Position numbers and translations under genes: made by a program. The notes beneath the pieces were generated by a model. That model was given only the letters and a program-made list of their open reading frames with translations. It searched no databases and was not told where the DNA came from. A stretch of 64,000 nucleotides of DNA, taken from assembly GCA_030447305.1 (NCBI GenBank), contig JAUJPC010000001.1:263998-327997 (forward strand), written 5' to 3'. This DNA comes from Actinomycetota bacterium. GTDB lineage: Bacteria; Actinomycetota; CADDZG01; JAHWKV01. Within the stretch, counting starts at the first letter, position 1; each line of letters starts with the position of its first letter. Below, piece after piece: positions 59,118 through 64,000 of the stretch.

Positions 59118-60896
59118 GTGGCGCATAGGTTCCGGGTCTGGGCCCCGAAGCCCAAACGCGTCGACGTGGTGATCGACGGGCAGGCCCACCCGATGGTGCC
59201 CGCCGTCGACGGTTGGTGGGAGCTGGAGGCAGAACATGCTGGTCCGGGCACCCGGTACCTGTTCTCGCTCGACGCCTTTCCGGGAAGGCCGGACCCCCGA
59301 TCGGCCTTCCAGCCGGAGGGGATGGACGGCCCATCCGAGGTGGTGGACCACTCCACCTTCGAGTGGTCGGACCGGTATTGGAAGGGGGTGCCTCTGCAGG
59401 GTGCGGTGCTTTACGAGCTGCACACCGGCACCTTCTCCCCCGAGGGGACCTTCGACGGCGTGATCGGATACCTGCCTCATCTGATCGAGCTGGGTATCGA
59501 CGTGGTTGAGCTCATGCCGGTGGCCGAGTTCTCCGGAAGCCGGGGTTGGGGCTACGACGGCGTGGACCTGTTCGCTCCACATCACGCCTACGGGGGCCCT
59601 GCAGGATTGAAGAGACTGGTGGACGCCTGTCACGCTGCCGGCCTGGGAGTGGTTATGGACGTCGTGTACAACCACCTCGGGCCGGCCGGCAACTACCTTC
59701 CCGAGTTCGGACCCTACTTCGCGGACCGCCACAAGACCCATTGGGGCGACGCGCTGAATTACGACGGTCCCGGCAGCGGAGAGGTCCGCCGGTTTGTTCT
59801 GGACAACGCTCTGGCCTGGCTGAGGGACTACCACGTGGACGGCCTGCGGCTGGATGCGGTGCACGCAATCGCCGACGACTCGGCTGTGCATCTTCTCGAG
59901 CAGATGGCCGAGGAGGTGCGCGCCCTGTCGGCGCACCTGGGCCGCAACCTGTTCCTGGTCGCCGAGAGCGACCTCAACGACCCCAAGTTCGTCCGCAGCC
60001 TCGATGCCGGCGGGTACGGTTTGGACGCCTCGTGGGCCGACGAGTGGCACCACGCTCTCCACGCCACCCTCACCGGGGAGCGAAGCGGCTACTACGAGGA
60101 CTTCGGCTCGCTTGCGCTGCTGGCAAAGGCCCTCAGGCAGGCCTGGGTCTACGACGGCATGTGGTCGCCGCACCGGCAGCGGGTCCACGGCCGCTCTCCG
60201 GCCGGGCTCCCTGGGGACAGGTTCGTTGTGTCGACGCAGAACCATGACCAGGTGGGCAACCGGGCAATAGGGGAGCGCAGCAGCGCTTTGATGAGCGAGG
60301 GCCGGCTGAAGATCGCAGCCGCCCTTCTCCTGACGTCCCCTTTCGTGCCCCTGCTGTTTCAGGGAGAGGAGTGGGCGGCCGGCACCCCGTTCCAATACTT
60401 CACCGATCACCCGGATCCCGAGCTTGGGCGAGCGGTGAGTGAGGGCAGGCGCCGCGAGTTCTCGTACTTCGGCTGGGAGCCCCAGGACGTCCCGGATCCT
60501 CAGGATCCGGCGACCTATCACCGATCAAAGCTCGACTGGAGCGAGGTGACGGGCGGAGTTCAGGAAGGGATGCTGGAGGGGGAGTGGAGCGCGCCGTCCG
60601 GGAAGCACGCGCAGATGCTCGAATGGTACCGCAAGCTGATTGCCTTGCGGCGGGATTCGCCCGTGCTGAGCGATCCCAGGCGCGACCTGATCGACATTTC
60701 CTACGACGAGGATGCCGGCTGGCTCGGATACCAAAAGGCCGGTGTGGCGGTGGTGCTCAACGTCGGAAAAGCGGCGGTTACCATCCCGCAGGGTTTCGAC
60801 GAGCTCTTGCTGGCTTCCGATCCGGGCGTCGAAGTTAGCGGCGATCTGGTGGTCCTTCCGCCCGACACGGTGGCGGTTCTGCGTCTGAGCTCTTAG
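59118..60896 (+). CDS. treZ: malto-oligosyltrehalose trehalohydrolase TreZ
   Basis: GH13 motifs VVYNHLGP, DGLRLDAVHA and STQNHDQVGNR are present, with an N-terminal E-set domain. Confidence 0.9.
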   Translation: MAHRFRVWAPKPKRVDVVIDGQAHPMVPAVDGWWELEAEHAGPGTRYLFSLDAFPGRPDPRSAFQPEGMDGPSEVVDHSTFEWSDRYWKGVPLQGAVLYELHTGTFSPEGTFDGVIGYLPHLIELGIDVVELMPVAEFSGSRGWGYDGVDLFAPHHAYGGPAGLKRLVDACHAAGLGVVMDVVYNHLGPAGNYLPEFGPYFADRHKTHWGDALNYDGPGSGEVRRFVLDNALAWLRDYHVDGLRLDAVHAIADDSAVHLLEQMAEEVRALSAHLGRNLFLVAESDLNDPKFVRSLDAGGYGLDASWADEWHHALHATLTGERSGYYEDFGSLALLAKALRQAWVYDGMWSPHRQRVHGRSPAGLPGDRFVVSTQNHDQVGNRAIGERSSALMSEGRLKIAAALLLTSPFVPLLFQGEEWAAGTPFQYFTDHPDPELGRAVSEGRRREFSYFGWEPQDVPDPQDPATYHRSKLDWSEVTGGVQEGMLEGEWSAPSGKHAQMLEWYRKLIALRRDSPVLSDPRRDLIDISYDEDAGWLGYQKAGVAVVLNVGKAAVTIPQGFDELLLASDPGVEVSGDLVVLPPDTVAVLRLSS

Positions 60897-61318
60897 GTCG
60901 CGCGGCACCCGGCGGCGAGCCGCTCTTTTTGGTTAGGCAGGTTGAACCCATCCGGCGCTTGCGGCGGAGCGCTCCGAATGAGCCTGGGATACCGGTCCAC
61001 AATCCTTAGATTCGGGTGGTCGGAGAGATCGGTTACGTCGATTACCCGGCGGACGATGCTGCGCACGGTGAGGAGGATCAGCCGGCGCTGCTCGGATTGA
61101 AGCCTGCCGGTCAGCTTGGCGATGAACCGCAGTCCGGAGCAGTCGAGAAACTCGAGCCCGCTGAGGTCGAGGACCATGTCGCCATGCGGGCTCCGTTTGC
61201 TATCCAAGGCTTCGAACGGGTCTGCTCCCCGCCTATACTGGATCTGACCGACCGGAACGGTATTGGTGCCCTCTTTAGGTGGTTTTAGCAGTCGAAGGGG
61301 ATTCGTGTCGGTCGGCAA
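60893..61318 (-). CDS. STAS-domain protein (anti-sigma-factor antagonist-like)
   Basis: The conserved region MVLDLSGLEFLDCSGLRF is present. It is convergent with treZ and overlaps it by 4 nt. Confidence 0.6.
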   Translation of the reverse strand: MPTDTNPLRLLKPPKEGTNTVPVGQIQYRRGADPFEALDSKRSPHGDMVLDLSGLEFLDCSGLRFIAKLTGRLQSEQRRLILLTVRSIVRRVIDVTDLSDHPNLRIVDRYPRLIRSAPPQAPDGFNLPNQKERLAAGCRAT

Positions 61319-61407
61319 CCCGACAGATGGAAGGAGTTTCTAAGTAAATCTACAAAGTTATACGTCTGTGGTTTCGCGAGCGGTTGAAGCAGACGCCAAG
61401 ACGGGGA

Positions 61408-61456
61408 ATGGGTACCCGGCCGGCGGCTCCGGCCTTCGGAGCCCCCGGGTACCCAT
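61408..61456. terminator. GC-rich stem-loop (12-bp perfect stem atgggtacccgg/ccgggtacccat with nested ggctcc/ggagcc hairpin); candidate intrinsic terminator or attenuator
   Basis: Seen in the sequence. It lies between the stop of the 61478..62035 gene and the downstream STAS gene on the minus strand. No U-tract follows it. Confidence 0.45.
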
Positions 61457-61477
61457 CCTCCGTCGTCAGGAATAAGA

Positions 61478-62035
61478 CTAAGCTGCCGGCTGCAGGCGCT
61501 TCCGGATTCCCTGGGTCACACTGGCGGGACGCTGCTGCTCGCCCATCTTCGACGAGATCGCGATCAGGGCTGCGACGTGAGCGGGAATTGCCCACTGCAG
61601 GATCTTCAGCTGCTTCTGGCTCCTGGCAACGTCCTCCGGAGTCGCCCCGGTGGGGGTGGTGCCGTCCTCAACCGGAACGTCGCCGCTCTCGATGACCTTC
61701 TGGCCGAGGGCCCGGGCGTATGCGGTGGCACCTAGACTCATTGCCGTCAGACCGGCCTTCACCAGCGAGGTGCTCGCCACCCCCTTCTGCCCGGCGATCC
61801 TTCCTTTGTTCGCAGCGGTGAGTACGGCTCCCCCCACGAGGTACGAGCCGATGGCTGCCATGTTGGCCGGTGTCCAGCGTTCCCAGCCAGCGTTTGCCAC
61901 ACGAGCCCGCTGCTTGGGGTCGCTAACTGCCTTGGACGCTCCGTTCAATCCGATTGCTCCCATGAGGGAACCGCCGAACCATGCGGCCAAGCCCAGGTCG
62001 TGTGCTGCACGCGCGAGCGTGTTGTCCTTCTCCAT
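61478..62035 (-). CDS. hypothetical protein (Ala/Gly-rich, partly hydrophobic)
   Basis: An ORF with a plausible start. No family was recognised. Confidence 0.4.
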   Translation of the reverse strand: MEKDNTLARAAHDLGLAAWFGGSLMGAIGLNGASKAVSDPKQRARVANAGWERWTPANMAAIGSYLVGGAVLTAANKGRIAGQKGVASTSLVKAGLTAMSLGATAYARALGQKVIESGDVPVEDGTTPTGATPEDVARSQKQLKILQWAIPAHVAALIAISSKMGEQQRPASVTQGIRKRLQPAA

Positions 62036-62135
62036 TTTTGTCTCCTTTGGTTATTGGCGTTGCAACCGAGTACCCATGGGGCGGGATCGACTAAACTAAA
62101 CCGCCGGTAGGGCGCGGGTGACGCTCAGAAGAGGA

Positions 62136-62546
62136 TCAGACCGAGGTCAGCTGCCGGTAGGTGTCGTTCAGCTCCTTGAAGCGGTCGTTGATCAGCGCGT
62201 AGCACTCGCAGGACGCTTCAAGCAGTCGCGGCCGATCGAGGATGGTGATCCTGCCCCGTACGTATCGGATGAGCCCGGCCTTTTGCAGGTCTTCCGCTCC
62301 TTCGGAAACGGTAGAGCGCCTGGCGCCGAGCATCTGGCCCATGAACTCATGGATCAGCTCGAACTGGTCACAATCGCAACAATCCGAGGTCAGCAGGAGC
62401 CAGCGTGCCAGGCGCTGGGTGTTCTGATGAAGGCGGTTGGGAATGGCGGTCCGGCTCGTGTGGCTGACAAGCGCCTGTCGCTCGTCCTGCGGGAGGGCGT
62501 CCAGCATCAGGTTGCCTGTGCGCGCTTGGGATGGGATGTCGTGCAT
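62136..62546 (-). CDS. Crp/Fnr-type HTH domain protein lacking the cNMP-binding domain
   Basis: The C-terminal HTH reads FELIHEFMGQMLGARRSTVSEGAEDLQKAGLI. It is only 136 aa and there is no N-terminal beta-barrel. Confidence 0.55.
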   Translation of the reverse strand: MHDIPSQARTGNLMLDALPQDERQALVSHTSRTAIPNRLHQNTQRLARWLLLTSDCCDCDQFELIHEFMGQMLGARRSTVSEGAEDLQKAGLIRYVRGRITILDRPRLLEASCECYALINDRFKELNDTYRQLTSV

Positions 62547-62691
62547 GACAAATTCGCTTTCCTGAGCCAGGGACGAAGGGACTTCAGGAAAGCGATGGGC
62601 TCACGCCTTTCCGCCGGACCCCCGAGTATAGGCTCATCCGGACGACCAGGCTCAAGGGTCGGGAAGCCGAAGGCGGCTCAGAGCCTGTGGA

Positions 62692-64000
62692 CTAAACAGC
62701 GTGGGGGTAGGTTTCCGGCAGCTCCTCCCGCTTCCAGCCGGCGGACCGCTCCAGCGGCTCAACCGCTCGCGTATGGTCGATGTGCGCCACGGCGTCGAAC
62801 TGGTCGGCAATCCTGGCTCGGAAGTAGGGGCCCTGGCGATCTGCTTCCGCCCGATAGACGACGCCGATGGCACGCTCCAGTAGGGTCACCCTCAACGCTC
62901 GGGCGGCCGCGGATTCTCCCCGCAGGTCCAGCAGAAACGCCTTCTCGCCCGCCTCGTGGAACAGCTTCTCGACGCTGCCCCGCAGCGCCGGCTCTAGCGT
63001 CTTGCGCTCCGCCCGACCGCCCCAGGTGTCCGAGACAGTGACCGAGCCCTCGTAGGTTATTAATCCCAGAAGGAAGCAGTTTCCGGGATGTCGCTCCCGC
63101 ACCAGCTGACCGACGTTCAACTCTCGTCGCGTCCTGAGCTCCGTGGATCGGGCATCACCCACATGGGAGTTGTGCGCCCACACCACGATCTTCGCCGGCT
63201 CGCCGCGCCGGTGACTCACGTGCTCGGCGAGCTCATCCAGCGTATCGGCCATGTGACGCTCCCTCAGGTTCCAAGAGGTGACCTGGCCCTGAAGCATGGT
63301 TCGGTAGTACTCCTCCGCTGCCTTGACCGTCCGGCCGTTCTGCTCCGCGTGGAAACGTTCGTCCTGGGCCGACATTCCGTCCCGGTGGGCGTGCTCCAAG
63401 CGGGAGCGGTGGAGCTCGACGAGCTGCTCAACCGCTTCAGTCTCGCAGGTCTCGCCGGCGCCGAACGCTGCAGCGTAAGCGTACGTCCGCGCATCTTCCC
63501 TGTAGTCGTCAAAGCACGCGTAGCGCTCCTTCGCCCGGTTCGCGGCGTCGGGGTCGACCTGCTCCAGGTAGGCGATGACCTCGTAAATCGAGGCATACAG
63601 GCTGTACAGGTCCAGGCCGTAGAAGCCGGTTTTGTCCGGTTCGGGGAGGCCGTCGTTGTGGTCGCGAAGCCAGCCGACAAAGTCGAGCACCACCGCGTTG
63701 CGCCATGTCCAGTTGGGAAATCGCTCGAAGCCCCGAAGCGATTCCTCGGCGGTGGCATCACCGCCCCTTCCTGAAACGTAGCGGTTCACCCGGTAGGCGT
63801 CGGGCCAGTCGGCCTCCACGGCTACCGCCGAAAATCCCTTCTCTACAATCAGCCAGCGGGTGATCCGCGCTCGCTCCTCGTAGAACTCATGGGTGCCGTG
63901 GGTCGCCTCGCCCAGCAGGACGAACTGTGCCTCGCCGATCTCCGGTAACGGGAGCTGCTCCCCGGCGCCGGCCGGAATCAGCTCTGAGCGGATGGCCTGT
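62692..64000 (-). CDS. erythromycin esterase (Ere) family protein, 5'-partial (continues beyond the window end)
   Basis: The VVWAHNSHVGD motif and overall pattern match the Ere family. The frame is open from 63819 to the window edge (…LLGEATHGTHEFYEERARITRWLIVEKGF…). Confidence 0.7.
   Translation of the reverse strand, partial: QAIRSELIPAGAGEQLPLPEIGEAQFVLLGEATHGTHEFYEERARITRWLIVEKGFSAVAVEADWPDAYRVNRYVSGRGGDATAEESLRGFERFPNWTWRNAVVLDFVGWLRDHNDGLPEPDKTGFYGLDLYSLYASIYEVIAYLEQVDPDAANRAKERYACFDDYREDARTYAYAAAFGAGETCETEAVEQLVELHRSRLEHAHRDGMSAQDERFHAEQNGRTVKAAEEYYRTMLQGQVTSWNLRERHMADTLDELAEHVSHRRGEPAKIVVWAHNSHVGDARSTELRTRRELNVGQLVRERHPGNCFLLGLITYEGSVTVSDTWGGRAERKTLEPALRGSVEKLFHEAGEKAFLLDLRGESAAARALRVTLLERAIGVVYRAEADRQGPYFRARIADQFDAVAHIDHTRAVEPLERSAGWKREELPETYPHAV

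Overview
This is a high-GC (~68%) window from what looks like an actinobacterial-type genome; that taxon is inferred from gene content and composition only. No rRNA, tRNA or CRISPR array was found, and no integrase or transposase, so nothing in the window supports mobility of the accessory segment described below.

Layout:
- 0-3.4 kb: housekeeping/accessory mix: a PadR-regulated small operon, a DUF4188 protein and a two-domain VOC (glyoxalase-fold) protein.
- 4.35-9.9 kb: a decayed BREX-type remnant on the minus strand. An N-terminally truncated brxC-like gene is translationally coupled to a PglX-like adenine methyltransferase. The 3' third of pglX (about 4.5-5.9 kb) has clearly lower GC (~50%) and reads through into host sequence. 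pglZ, brxL, brxA and brxB are absent.
- 10-29.6 kb: an accessory segment with Uma2-family (DUF820) endonuclease paralogs in four states: two intact, one frameshifted, one internal-deletion remnant. Mixed in are three VapBC pairs, one MazEF-like pair, a small-protein/minimal-nucleotidyltransferase pair, a decayed GHKL (MORC-like) ATPase, a STAND-ATPase/LuxR regulator, a membrane Pro/Glu-rich repeat protein with 33-nt tandem repeats, TetR- and MarR-regulated catabolic genes and a CPBP protease.
- 33.4-40.8 kb: one translationally coupled operon of a GT1/MGT-type glycosyltransferase, two GT4 glycosyltransferases, an MsbA-like ABC exporter carrying a C-terminal kinase-fold domain, and a stand-alone LPS-kinase/APH-like kinase. 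This is a candidate phospho-glycoconjugate assembly/export module and the most system-like novelty here.
- 44-49 kb: a two-HKD PLD pseudogene, a DrrAB-like ABC-2 exporter and an N-formylglutamate amidohydrolase-family protein.
- 49.3-54.2 kb: a complete stressosome partner-switching locus: rsbR, rsbS, rsbT, an RsbX-like PP2C, a GAF-PP2C phosphatase and an RsbV-like STAS protein on the minus strand, with a divergent RsbW-like kinase on the plus strand.
- 54.3-60.9 kb: a treX-treY-treZ trehalose operon.
- 60.9-64 kb: a further STAS protein, a GC-rich hairpin, a Crp-type HTH-only protein and a 5'-partial erythromycin-esterase-family gene at the window end.

Caveat: many genes are interrupted by frameshifts that sit at short G/C homopolymers. 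This pattern fits indel sequencing errors at least as well as true pseudogenization.
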